This document shows positions 1-13,289 of a stretch of 64,000 nucleotides of DNA, piece by piece. The translations under genes and the position numbers were made by a program. This DNA is from Octopus vulgaris (Eukaryota). The DNA lies in the NCBI GenBank assembly GCA_951406725.2, contig OX597819.1:109368001-109432000 (forward strand), in the 5' to 3' direction. Numbering within the stretch: position 1 is the first letter of the stretch; each line of letters begins with the position of its first letter. The notes below the pieces were generated by a model, which saw only the letters and a list, made by a program, of their open reading frames with translations, was not told the origin of the DNA and made no database searches.

Positions 1-534
1 TTGAAATATTCCTCTTCTAATAGAGATAAGATTTTTTTGTGTAATTCCTTCTTTTGTCTGTATCCGTAAAACTTAACCATTTACTCATTTACTAGTGTTA
101 CTTTACTCACATTTAATGTCTTCATGATTCCAGTGCGGTGAATATTGTCAAAAGCCTTCTATCAGGTTGAGTGAAAATGCTTTTTTCGTATTTTTAGTGA
201 TGGTTTTTAGGAAATTGTATCTTCATGTTATACCATTAATTTGATACAACTTGTCTAATCATTGCTGAATTTTTTTTTTGCATATTCGTAGTCTCCGACA
301 TTTCAAACGTAGGAATCTGAAAAAATTTTTCAAACAAATATATTTTTCAAGGAGAGGTGCGAAACTGCATTAGCGCCGGGGGCCCATGTAAGTATCTAAG
401 GCGCCCATCCCCACAAGTTTGAGAATTTTTCATTCACTCCTGGAAGAATACATGAATTATTTCAGCCTGGTTGTGTTTGTAGACAGTTGAAAAGAATACT
501 TTTAACAAAAAAACCCCCAAAAAACAAACAAATT

Positions 535-785
535 AAATCCGTTTGCCTGTCCTTGTTTGTCCCCTCTGTGTTTAGCTCCTTGTGGGTAGTAAAGAAATAG
601 AAATAGGTATTTCGGCTGCCGTTACGTTCCGAGTTCAAATTCCGCCGAGGTCGACTTTGCCTTTCATCCTTTCGGGGTCGATAAATAAGTACCAGTTACG
701 CACTGGGGTCGATATAATCGACTTAATCCGTTTGTCTGTCCTTGTTTGTCCCCTCTATGTTTAGACCCTTGTGAGCAATAAAGTT
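535..785 (+). mobile_element. tRNA-derived SINE family B (Meta-domain-like core), partial dimeric copy
   Basis: B-box-like gagttcaaattcc, then core gcctttcatcctttcggggtcgataaataagtaccag; the same sequence recurs more than 10 times in the window. Confidence 0.85.
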
Positions 786-1543
786 GCGGGTGGGCCCCCT
801 TAGTCTCCTGGCAACCAATATTTTTAGACCCTGTCTGCCACTGCTGGTATACAAGTAAAGGTAGTTGTGTGTTGGATACGGTTGAGAGGTTTTAAGACAG
901 TTATGAGGAAGGAGATAAAATTGTTGTCTTCCGGTAGATTTAATGAAAGGCGGGAGACAAAATGAGTGTGGCTCAATGAATATGTTCTAGCTATGTGGGA
1001 ACCATCACCTGCGATGGTTCCCACTGGTACGAATCGCCAGCAAGTGTTTGAGTTGATTCGTGCGGCACGACCGTAATGCGATCGTAATACATTACAGAAG
1101 ATGGCGGAAGACGTTTGATATCTGAAAGTGTATGCAAAGTAAGCAGTTAGGTAGTTGGAATCCGATTTGAAGGAGAGGGGGTTGCAAGTCTGCTCGGATC
1201 TGCTGGAGACGTTTGAACCCAGTGAAAACACATTCTCTCCGCCCCGCCCCTGATCTTGTGAAAGGGAATGAAACGTGAGCATATCTTTATGATCTGAAAA
1301 CGAGGGTTTACAGCATGGAATTGCGTCACACCTTTCCTTAAAGGCATCGGAAGTTCCTCTGTTCTTGACTTTGGGCTGTGTCTTCCCAGGTCTTATTGAG
1401 TTTGAATTGTCATCGATACTTCTGTAACATTGATTGCTTCCAGGTAGGGCTACTGACCTTACGCAAACCCATTTTTACCTCAGGGAAGAGATTGTCCTAT
1501 ACTCGTCTGGTCTTTATCCTTTACTCTGTCCAGCATGGAATGC

Positions 1544-1596
1544 CATATCAAGAGCTTGCGCTCTGCTGCTAGAGCTCTCAGCTTCATCAGGACACA
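1544..1596 (-). ncRNA. degenerate type I hammerhead ribozyme motif (PLE-type)
   Basis: minus strand reads tgtgtc-CTGATGA-agct...agc-GCAA-gctc-TT-gatatg; GAAA box changed to GCAA, stem I relies on G-U pairs. Confidence 0.5.
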
Positions 1597-1632
1597 CAAG
1601 CCTCCACACTGCAATAAGGACTGGATCTTGTG

Positions 1633-1702
<70 letters not shown>

Positions 1703-2336
1703 ACACACACACACTCACACACACACATACACACGCACACGCACACACACACACAAACACACACACACACACACAACTATCATACTATTGACAGGTAAGC
1801 TACTTTTGCTTATTGATAAGCAAGCTATTTTCGAGATAAAATCTTTCATAGACTTACTGTGGTAAAAAACACAATATATATGTATATATATATATATCAG
1901 TATATCAGAAGAGACAAAAAAATTGTCCCTGCAGTCGCTAGTGAGAACAGTAGATGTATTTCGGTCCTGTTGAGCCTTGTAAATGATGTGTACTGTCAGC
2001 CACACGCCTTTATTCTATACACGAAACTTATACATCAATTTAATATTTTCCTATTCATAATTTTTATTTTCCTCCATTCCGTTCTTTATTTCTCCTTTCA
2101 TTTTAATCTTTTCAAATAACTGTCGATTTATGTTATGGAGTAAGTTCCAACGCTTTTCAACACCCAATGAAATTCCTTATGATATTCGAAAATTTTCTGC
2201 ATGTTCTACTATATACTTGTGATCTTTGTTCTGTTCATAACAATTGTCCGAAAATTATAAACAAGAAACTTAGCGTAACGCTTTGTGCAACTTTCAAATT
2301 TCCAAATTTCCAAATAGACAGCTGGGCAGATAGAGT

Positions 2337-2411
<75 letters not shown>

Positions 2412-2413
<2 letters not shown>

Positions 2414-2566
2414 GGTGTACTCTTTCACCACTCTTTCTCCCACTCTTTCTTCTGTTGGCCTGCTCGCTTAGCCAGCGGGGTGGCGTCATTCGAAGGCTAA
2501 AACAATGCGAACGCATTGTGACCAGCGATGTGTAACAACATCTGATGGTCTGGTCGGTCACGTGAT

Positions 2567-2573
<7 letters not shown>
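2412..2573 (+). repeat. short interspersed repeat fragment embedded in (TA)n, ending in the palindrome tcacgtgatcacgtga
   Basis: discrete non-microsatellite block bounded by (TA)n on both sides; probable retroelement 3' end. Confidence 0.45.
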
Positions 2574-2631
<58 letters not shown>

Positions 2632-2670
2632 AGTTTTTTTTTTCATTCTATGTTTATTTTTTCTAATTCC

Positions 2671-2704
2671 TTTCTACGGAAGAGCGTAGGCTCGAAACGT
2701 AAAA
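2671..2704 (+). ncRNA. degenerate minimal hammerhead-like motif in a PLE-type repeat
   Basis: ttt-CTACGGA-a-gag(cgtagg)ctc-GAAAC-GTA-aaa; same layout as 41821-41855 but the core is non-canonical. Confidence 0.4.
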
Positions 2705-2973
2705 AACCTTTCCATTTTTACCGAGCGTCAAACTAATACGTTTGCATGTTGTTCATACAGCTGTCTTCGTCTTTTGTTTATCTATAAATTTCAATTATAT
2801 ATTATACGTTCACGTGGTTACCCCAGTTTGATCCTGCCTGAACTTCCTACGCTTTGGAATTGCATTTCTGAACCACTTCTCGAACTTTCAGTACCTCTCC
2901 TCATCTAAAAACCAGCACTCCACCCAGATCACCACTGGATCTACTGACTCTACTTCCACGAATTTTTTTCGTT

Positions 2974-3080
<107 letters not shown>

Positions 3081-3342
3081 TGATTGATTGATTGAATGAC
3101 GTCATAAGAATTTGAGAGAACGTGAAATAATACTATTTTAGAGTAGTGGATCTCAAAGCAGATAAAGCTAACAATAAGGTCCCTATAATGAGTAGAGAAA
3201 TTAGAAGGATTGCTTTGGTTAAAAAGTAGAATACTTGTTATGTTTATAGGAGATATGGTTTCGAGTCCCACCAGCAGCCGTCGCCGTTTTCTACACAAAA
3301 AGCTTTATCTGCTTCCAAGTCCACCATTCCAAAAGATACACA

Positions 3343-3426
<84 letters not shown>

Positions 3427-3514
3427 CACACATAGTCGTCTAAGAGACCATAAGTCAGGGAGAAGATTCACTCATATAACTGTTAGTAGAGTGGGTATAT
3501 TATCCGAATGTTAT

Positions 3515-3655
3515 AGAATTAATAACCACAAGTCCTCATTCAACGTCCCAGAGTGATGTAACGCCACAACCCTAGCCAAGCACATTTGGGATTAAAAAGA
3601 AAGCGCCACGGAGTACAGCATAAAGTGGAAGATCATAGAAAGATGCAAGCCGTAC

Positions 3656-3658
<3 letters not shown>
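3515..3658 (+). mobile_element. Penelope-like element GIY-YIG endonuclease fragment (pseudogenised)
   Basis: translates [45 protein letters not shown], the typical C-terminal part of PLE GIY-YIG domains. Confidence 0.75.
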
Positions 3659-3748
<90 letters not shown>

Positions 3749-3837
3749 GTATATATATATGTATATATATATGTATATATATATGTATATATATACATGT
3801 ATATATATACATATATGTTTATATATATATATATGTG

Positions 3838-3931
<94 letters not shown>

Positions 3932-4600
3932 GGTATACTCACACACATATTTAGTTGCATAATGGAAGAGTCATCTTGACCGTTTAATAAAGAACAAAAG
4001 TTATTACATTCACATTTTGTTTATTTCTTAATAATACAATATGTAATGAAGTGTGAAAAAGTTTTCTCGCACTTCAACGACCTGTCACTGACAAAATTCC
4101 ACCGCATCTGTTGAAAATCAATAATTGGCAAGTTTTTCTCTCCTTTCTGCTGTCTTTCACGTCATTCGCCTCCCGTATCGTCTTGTTTCTTTCCTTAGCT
4201 ATAACTTTAAACATGTTAGATTGATAAATAAACTGTAACATTGTGTCTTCGTCGTTGTTATTTTGTATGACTGAATCTCCTTTATTTTCTTTTTATTTAT
4301 ACAAATAAAAACAGAAGTGAGCTGAAAATTTTTGGGACTTCATATTATACTCTATGTATGACGAAGAAACAAACGAAATGTGAGTTCTGTATATACATAC
4401 ACCCTCCCCACATATATATTGTTGTTGTTGCAATTGTTGTATGTGTATGAGTGCGATTGGATATTTTGAAATGCTTAATACCTGATATAATCCCCATTTG
4501 TAGACATTGATATTAAACTGAAATTTAGAACAAGGTGAAATGTTAGAGGCCTGGTTTTTGTCTCGGTTTGGCCTTGCATTTCAGTAATTCCAGGAGTCAG

Positions 4601-4700
<100 letters not shown>

Positions 4701-5012
4701 CGTGTGCATATACGCACGCACTTCTATGTATGTTGGATAAATGAACGAATTTCCGTATGTATTGTAGAGGTTATGACCTTCATTTAAAACTGAAACTGAA
4801 AGCAACTCTATTATCACGCCAGGGCGATCTTCAGGCGAGAACATGAAATTTTCTTTCAATAAAATCTGTCTCTCTCCCTCCCTCTCTTTTTTCTATCGAA
4901 AAGAGTGTTTATATATGAAATAAAATCGGTATTGCATTGACAAGAGCACATTTGAAATGTGATCTTGTATTATATATATACTTACGTATGTACATATGAC
5001 TCTCTCTCTCTC

Positions 5013-5104
<92 letters not shown>

Positions 5105-5165
5105 TATGCATATATACATATATATATATATATATACATGTTTATGGGCATATATATATGTATAC

Positions 5166-5221
<56 letters not shown>

Positions 5222-5699
5222 AGACACGCAATCGTACACAAGCATATAAAACAACTCTACTTATCACAGCATAATATCCTCTATCTGTACCACCACCACC
5301 ACCACCACCACCACCACCACCGCAACGACGACCATCGCAAGGCTCTCAAAATGTTGTCAACGGCCCCCAGTTTCACTAGCTCAGCCCATAAGCAACGTCT
5401 ACACCACCATCCTTATGACTCTCATTGACACTATGACTCCATCGTCCAACGTTCATACCATTACCACTTCTACAATCGGAACCTATTTCAGCATTATCAA
5501 AAATTAATACTATTTACCACCTCTACCATCGCTCATCCTAACCCTAACTCGCACCGATATCACTACCACTGGCACCAGAATCATCCAGGACATCCATTCA
5601 TTATAAACAATGAAATAATCAGATATGATTTTCTCAGAATCTCCATTTATCTCTCCTCATTCTCCTGCACCTTCTGTTCATTCATATTTTGTCTTTCGG

Positions 5700-6110
5700 T
5701 TATCTATCTATCTATCTGTCTATCCGTCCGTCCATCCGTCCGTCCGTCCGTCCGTCCGTCCGTCCGTCCGTCCGTCCGTCAAGAAATTGACATTTGTAAG
5801 GAGAAAGGATAAAAAACCAAAAAACCAAAACAAAACAAAGAAAAGAAAAAAAAAAGAAAAAAAACAAAAATAAACAAAAATGTGGAAAAGCTCTAATTTA
5901 AGTTGAAATTGGAGATACAGAATACCATGCTAAAGCTATGGCAACAGAGACCCAGCCATGGCCAAATAGTCCGTCCGTCCGTCCGTCCGTCCGTCCGTCC
6001 GTCCGTCCGTCCGTCCATCCATCCATCCATCCATCCATCCATCCATCCATCCATCCATCCGTCCGTCCATCCGTCCGTCCGTCCGTCCGTCCGTCCGTCC
6101 GTCCGTCCGT
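5700..6110. repeat. (TCCG)n/(TCCA)n microsatellite blocks
   Basis: visible tetranucleotide arrays at about 5723-5780 and 5970-6110. Confidence 0.9.
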
Positions 6111-6199
6111 ATTATTATATAATATACATACATTCATGTACCATCAAGCACCCTCATAAGCACACACACATTCATGGATACGCATATATATATTCTTTT

Positions 6200-6408
6200 C
6201 TACTCAAGGCACAAAGCCCGAAATTTTGGGGGAGGGGGCCAGTCGATTAGATCGACTCCAGTACGCAACTGGTACTTAATTTATCGACTCGGAGAGGATG
6301 AAAGGCAAAGTCGACCTCGGCGGAATTTGAACTCAGAACGTAAAGACAGACAAATTGCTGCTTAGCATTTCGCCCGTCGTTCTAACGTTTCTGCCAGCTC
6401 GCCGCCTT
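6200..6408 (-). mobile_element. SINE family B copy
   Basis: reverse complement of the tRNA-like head (ggcggcgagctggcagaaacgttag) plus Meta-like core. Confidence 0.85.
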
Positions 6409-6465
6409 ACGCGTATATATAATCATGGAATAAATTTAATGCTAGCTACTGTATTCTTTCCTTAA

Positions 6466-6872
6466 TCTCTCTATATATAAACGGCAGTTTGTCTGTCTGT
6501 GTGTCTGTGTGGCTGTCAGGTTGTACCCTCACCCTGACCACGGCTTTCAACCGATTCTGATGAAACTTGACACACACATAGCACAATGTCATAATTCAAA
6601 ACTAACACAGCGAAAATTTTGAAAAGTTCCCCCAGTTTTGAAAAAATCGATAAATTCGACATGGGGTCGAGAATCTAAGCTTTTTATATGCAACACATTT
6701 TCTGTCGGGAGACAGCTAGGAACATCGTATACATAGAAGTATTCGAGTGAAGAGAAGACATTGCAACCTACACATGCGTCTTCGTTCCCTAGAGGGAAAG
6801 AACTAGATTGGGATAAGTCGTTGCCTACTAGGGTCTCTTACATACCCGGGCAACGCCGGGCTATGCTGCTGG
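6466..6872 (+). mobile_element. non-autonomous Helitron
   Basis: 5' A|TCTCTCTATATATAAA, subterminal hairpin cccgggcaacgccggg, 3' CTGG|T (CTRR), no TSD. Confidence 0.75.
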
Positions 6873-7009
6873 TGTTTATATATACATTTGAGTGTGTGTG
6901 TGTGCGTGTGTATGTGTGCGTATGTATGTGTGTGCGCGCGCGTGTGTGTGTGTGTGCGCGCGCGTGCATGTGCATATATATGTGTATGTATAAGCATATA
7001 TATATGTAT

Positions 7010-7403
7010 GCAGGAGTGGCTGTGTGGTAAGTAGCTTGCTTACCAGCCACATGGTTCCGGGTTCAGTCCCACTGCATGGCATCTGGGGCAAGTGTCTTCT
7101 ACTATAGCCTCAGGCCGACCAAAGCCTTGTAAGTGGATTTAGTAGACGGAAACTGAAAGAAGCCTGTCGTATATACATATATATGTATATGCTTGTGTGT
7201 CTGTCTTTGTCTCCCCTGCCATTGCTTGACAACCGATGTTGGTGTGTTTACGTCCCTGTAACATTAGCGGTTCGGCAAAAGAGACTGATAGAATAAGTAC
7301 CAGGCTTACCAAGAATAAGTCCTGGGATCGATCTGTTCAACTAAAGGCGGTGCTCCAGCATGACTGCAGTCAAATGACTGAAACAATCAAATAAAAGAAT
7401 AAA
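7010..7403 (+). mobile_element. tRNA-derived SINE family A (CORE-like, octopus OR-type), near full length
   Basis: head gcaggagtggctgtgtggtaag...gggttcagtccc, CORE-like gggcaagtgtctt, internal microsatellite, LINE-like tail ggcggtgctccagcatg...cagtcaaatgactgaaac. Confidence 0.85.
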
Positions 7404-7502
7404 ATGAATATATATATATATATCATTTTATCTGTGAAGAGTTATTCTCTTTTAGTGCCTTATTATTTAACATACTATTCGATTTCCATTCATTTACTTA
7501 TG

Positions 7503-7546
<44 letters not shown>

Positions 7547-7547
7547 A

Positions 7548-7596
<49 letters not shown>

Positions 7597-7920
7597 CATA
7601 CATATATATAAATCAAAGGTAAAAAACAACAAATGAAAATCGTCAAAACATAACAAGCAGGAAAAGGACGATAGCACAACAACGGCAGACAGGACAAAAC
7701 ATGATACACGGATCATTCGCTGCCAATTGCTTCTTCAGTCGGAGTCCGGAATGTACATGTAGTTTCGCCCAGTCCTCTATGATACTACTCGAAACCAGTT
7801 GGGCCAAGTGCTTAAGCTGAATGCATTAAGCCCTTGAGCAAGGCAAACGAATGTACATATACAAACACATGGAAATAACAAACAGAAAGCGTCTTTAGAC
7901 TATCAGACAGTATAGTAAGC

Positions 7921-7976
<56 letters not shown>

Positions 7977-8245
7977 CATGCACACACACACATATGTATA
8001 TATTTTGAGGGATGAAGAAGCTGACTGCATCTACCCAAGCGTGTAAATGGTACTTATTTTATTGATCCCGAAAGGCTGAAAGGCAAAAATCGTCTTTGGT
8101 AGAATTTGAACTCAGAACATAAAGAACTGAAAGAAATGCTGCTTAGCCTTTTTGCCATTGCCTCGCCTTCTACAAGAATGAATTACAAAGTAATACGAAT
8201 AGAAATTGCATTACTTTCTGACTCACTCCTCCACGCATACATGTA

Positions 8246-8328
<83 letters not shown>

Positions 8329-8379
8329 AAATAAGTGAAGATAGAAAATGCTAAAATAATTTTATAAAGAACATTTCAG

Positions 8380-8432
8380 AAAAATATGGAACGCTTCACG
8401 AATTTGCGTGTCATCCTTGCGCAGGGGCCATG

Positions 8433-8437
<5 letters not shown>
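8380..8437 (-). pseudogene. U6 snRNA 3'-half pseudogene fragment
   Basis: minus strand ATTAGCATGGCCCCTGCGCAAGGATGACACGCAAATTCGTGAAGCGTTCCATATTTTT matches the canonical metazoan U6 3' half; 5' half and ACAGAGA box absent. Confidence 0.95.
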
Positions 8438-8509
<72 letters not shown>

Positions 8510-8511
<2 letters not shown>

Positions 8512-8895
8512 TTTTATTCTTCTACATGTTTCAGTTATTTGACTGTGGCCGTGCTGGAGCACCACCTTTAAGGGTTTTAGTCGAAGAAATCGATCCCAAG
8601 ACTTATTTTTTGTAAGCCTTGTACTTATTCTATTAATCTTTTTTCCGAACCATTAAGTTACTGGGACGTAAACACACCAATATCGGTTGTCAATCGATGG
8701 TGGGTGGACAAACACAGACAAAAAGAAACATACATATGAATATACATATACTTATATATATATACGACGGGCTTCTTTCAGTTTCCGTCTACCAAATTCA
8801 CTCACAAGACTTTGGCCGACCCAAGGCTACCTTAGAAGCCACTTACTCAAGTTGCCACGCAGTGTGATTGAACCCAAGACCATGTGGTTAGGAAG
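8510..8895 (-). mobile_element. SINE family A copy
   Basis: reverse complement of the family A body and tail. Confidence 0.8.
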
Positions 8896-8904
8896 GCACA
8901 CACA

Positions 8905-8950
<46 letters not shown>

Positions 8951-8952
<2 letters not shown>

Positions 8953-9079
8953 CTAGAACTGTTTCACAAGAGAAACACTGAATGAACAGTTCTAGTCCTG
9001 TAGAACTCCTTCTATATAATAAATTAATTTTACTCTGCTATGTATTGAGTACCTTATTTACTGTGGTTATCAACCCGGG

Positions 9080-9082
<3 letters not shown>
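8951..9082. mobile_element. PLE-type short element with inverted 5' part, same family as 21969-22163, HHR core deleted
   Basis: shares cagttctagtcctgtagaactccttctatataataaattaattttactctg...gagtaccttatttactgtgg with 22060-22140; flanked by (TA)n. Confidence 0.75.
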
Positions 9083-9136
<54 letters not shown>

Positions 9137-9233
9137 TACATATCAATACATACACACACGTGTATGCGCGTGTGTGTATACATATGTGTGGCACACATAC
9201 ACAAACTCACACACATGCTTATTAAATACAGTT

Positions 9234-10280
9234 TCTTATTTCTTTATTGCCCATAAGGAGCTAAACATAGAGGGGACAAACAAGGACAAAGAAAGGGATT
9301 GGCACTGACATGCTTTTAGTTGTCATGAGGAAAATAGAAAAAGTGTGACGTCAATTTGACGTCACTCGTCCTCCTTCTTTTCTTTCCGTAGAATTTATCA
9401 AAACGCGTGTAAATTTATCAAATTAAAAAACGCAAAATTTATCAAAAACGCGTGTAAATTTATCAAATTAATAAACGCAAAATTATTCCGTAGAATTTAT
9501 CAAATTAAAAAACGCAAAATTAATATATTTTTTGAAATTGCAAATTATTTAGAATGTAAAAATATAATTTTCAACAGAGAGAATTTATCAAAATATAAAA
9601 CAAATGAAGCTTGAAGTCAAGTTTAAAAATAAATGTGATACTTATGCTCTGTAGATACTTATACTCTCTAAGGTCTCAAACACTAATACTAATTTTCAAA
9701 TGAAATGGGTGACGATATTTAACATTAACTAAATGTTTATTATTCATGTATGTATGAGTTTGTATGTAATATATGCATGTATGTGCATATACTCAACAAA
9801 TATCTACCAGCATGTAATGTGAACGTCTGTGAATTTGTTTATATTAAAAACATGTATCTATGTGTGTGTGTGTATATATATATATGTATTATATATACAA
9901 GAATATATTTATTTATAAAGTTTAAACAGAACATGGAATGAAATGTATTTATTTATAAACTTTAAACTGAACTTCAATTGTTTTATAAACTTAACAGCGT
10001 GGTGGTACGTAAATAAACGGCGTAAATTAACGAAGGTATAAACCTGACGACGTAAATACACGAAGCTGACGTCTGACGTCAGATTTTTCTACTTTCACTT
10101 CTGACAACTAAAAGCATGACAGTGCCAAGGGATTAAGTCGATTACATCGACCCCAGTGCGTAACTGCTACTTAATTTATCGACCCCGAAAGGATGAAAGG
10201 CAATGTCGACATCGGCGGAATTTGAAATCAGAACGTAACGGCAGACGGCGCGTTAACGTTTCTGCCAACTCGCCGCCTTA
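9234..10280 (-). mobile_element. SINE family B copy split by a MITE
   Basis: SINE sequence breaks at 9300 and resumes at 10127. Confidence 0.8.
9301..10126. mobile_element. TIR non-autonomous DNA transposon (MITE), Merlin-like
   Basis: TIRs GGCACTGaCATGCTTTTAGTTGTCA / TGACAACTAAAAGCATGACAGTGCC; exact 8-bp TSD AAGGGATT at 9293-9300 and 10127-10134; internal tandem repeats 9380-9525. Confidence 0.85.
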
Positions 10281-10843
10281 TTAAATACAATTTCTTGTGG
10301 CTAACAAGCCATCAAATGCGCAAACGCACGCGCGTATATATGCATATATATTGTTTAATTCCTCTTCTTTTATCTGTCACTGCGGTTATGATGAGGCAAA
10401 ACTGAAATAAAATAGAGACAGCCACTGGACAAGTTTGAATAAACCATTACATCCACCCCAAGATTGAGTACTTTTTTCTGTATAATAATACCAATGGGAA
10501 GGTTCACACGCATACACATCCATATATAAAAGATAGCAGTGACGTGAAATTTGATTTGCAAGGTAAATATTAAGTTTTTACCTTGTGTGTTTGTGTTTGT
10601 GTGTATGTGTGTGTTTTCGTGTGCACGTGTTTGTGCGCATGCGTATACATGCCTGTAATGCCTGTACATGTATATTTAGATATATTTGTATAAATATAAG
10701 TACACAGACACACACCAATATATATAATATATATAATATACATATTTATGTATACATAGAGATATATAATATTTGAAGAAATGAAGGGTAAAGATAGCCA
10801 CCTCATTATTACTGCTTTTAACAGTAATAATACTTCACATAGT

Positions 10844-10892
<49 letters not shown>

Positions 10893-10904
10893 CATATATT
10901 TATA

Positions 10905-11069
10905 TACGACGGGCTTCTTTCAGTTTCCGTCTACCAAATCCACTCACAAGGCTTTGATGGACCCGAGGCTATAGTAGAAGACGCTTGCCTATGGTGCCAC
11001 GTAGTGGGAATGAATCCGGAACCATGTGGTTGGTAAGCAAGCTACTTACCACACAGCCACTCCTGCGCC

Positions 11070-11070
<1 letters not shown>
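10905..11070 (-). mobile_element. SINE family A head and body
   Basis: reverse complement of ggcgcaggagtggctgtgtggtaag...gaagcccgtcg. Confidence 0.85.
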
Positions 11071-11100
<30 letters not shown>

Positions 11101-11158
11101 TTCTTGGTATTTTTTTTCAGCATTCCTTGAAGAACATTACTATCCCACCAAGGAAACA

Positions 11159-11252
<94 letters not shown>

Positions 11253-11280
11253 GTTTAAATTCATATTCATATACATGCGT

Positions 11281-11640
11281 ACATCAACACTTCTGTTATT
11301 TGTAAACATAACAGGCTGAATATTGTTGCTTAGGGTAGACAAGAAAAGTATGTACCTCATAGAGGTCAGCTGCCCTACTGATGTGAATATCTCTGAAAAT
11401 CAAAGAGAAAGAGGATAAGTGCAGACAACTGTTTTGAAACCCTCAGCTTCTACATCCAGATTTTAGATTTACATTAATACCAATAATAATCGGTGCACAT
11501 GATTTTCTGAATAAATGTCTAAGTGACAGTCTGGATAAGCTAGGGTTTTCCGAAAAAGAAATCAACTAGCCAGTTTGTACGTAACAAATACGATCTGTAA
11601 GTGGAAGAGTGAAAATATGCAAGACTTTTCTCAATTTTAA
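11281..11640 (+). mobile_element. degenerate 3' fragment of an RLE-type non-LTR retrotransposon (R4/NeSL-like)
   Basis: frameshifted remnants KHNRLNIV, IEVSCPTDVNISE, LIPIIIGA of a restriction-like endonuclease domain. Confidence 0.6.
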
Positions 11641-11752
11641 AACTTGAATTTAAAAAAAGTTTTATTTACATTTCAGTGACGGAGCTTTGTATCTTTGTTA
11701 GAAGCCACCTCCTTCCCCAAAGGAAGATTTCAAACAATTAAAAACGAAGAGA

Positions 11753-11854
<102 letters not shown>

Positions 11855-12005
11855 ACACGATGATTCTGGTCCCAAGTTGCATTACCTTCTCATTACCTTC
11901 TTACCTGTATGACCAACAGCTAGTTCTCTCCCAAAAGTTTTACCCAGGCAAGCTGGGAGAGGAATTTTCTAGGTGCTGACCATGACTAAAATAGCTGTAC
12001 ATACA

Positions 12006-12055
<50 letters not shown>

Positions 12056-12167
12056 CACATATGTATGTATGTTTGTAGACACGTGTTTTATATATATACA
12101 TTCATTAAGACACATCATAATTTCAGATTGTATTCTTACCTTTCAACACACACGGACGCAACCACAC

Positions 12168-12235
<68 letters not shown>

Positions 12236-12682
12236 AGAAGTTTATTTGTGAAATTTCAGCGGAATCTGCTCTGTGCTCACGTTTTTTTTTTATGTGACGG
12301 TAAGTTCTGTAAAGGTCGTTACTAAACGTTTTTAGTCATCTATTCTTCGTTTCTTAATCGATTTATTTGGAGCCATGGGGAAAACCTGTACGTAGTAATT
12401 CAGCTTAAATAGAAATAGCAGTTACAACATCTCTTAAACAGCACCTTGCCACGTTGAAAAAAAGAAACGTTGCATAGATAACTTGGTACTAGATACACGA
12501 CATCTGAATAAAAGACGTGATGGCCACAGCTGGAACACTTTTAATCATAGATTTACTCCAACAGAGCTTGACGTGGGAATTAACAACAGCGACAACAATA
12601 TAGATTTACCCAGAATATTCGTTTTGAAAGAACTGAAAATATAAATGTCACTCAACAGCTGATGCTTTATAAATGAATTAAC

Positions 12683-12854
<172 letters not shown>

Positions 12855-12881
12855 GTATGTTATATATTATTGTGTATATAT

Positions 12882-12928
<47 letters not shown>

Positions 12929-12937
12929 GTATAAGTT

Positions 12938-13150
12938 TGTGGTTTAGTGGTTAGGGGGTTTTGACTCATAACTGTAAATTTGTAGTTCCGATTCTTGGAC
13001 CGAGCAATGCATTGTGTTCTTGAGCAAGACAATTCATTTCACGTTGCCCCCGTCCACTTAGCTAACAAATATGAGTAATACTGCGACAGTATTCCGTCCA
13101 GGGGGAAAATATATAGCCAGAAAAAACCGGGGAAGCGGCCTTATGAATTT
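12938..13150 (+). mobile_element. diverged tRNA-derived SINE (further family)
   Basis: A-box-like gtttagtggttagg, B-box-like gttccgattc, CORE-like gtgttcttgagcaagaca. Confidence 0.6.
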
Positions 13151-13289
13151 ACATGACTCGCGAAGGACCATTATCCTTTTTTATGTATGTATATGTGTGT
13201 GTGCATATAAGCAAAAACGTAAAGTAGAATTTAGTATGAATTTAGAGTCAGGAAATAAGTTAGCAGAATTTAGTATGAAAATTTCAGTC

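Noticed and set aside
6557-6567. CTGATGAAAC
   Set aside because: No room for stem II; part of the ccgattytgatgaaactt motif of the Helitron family
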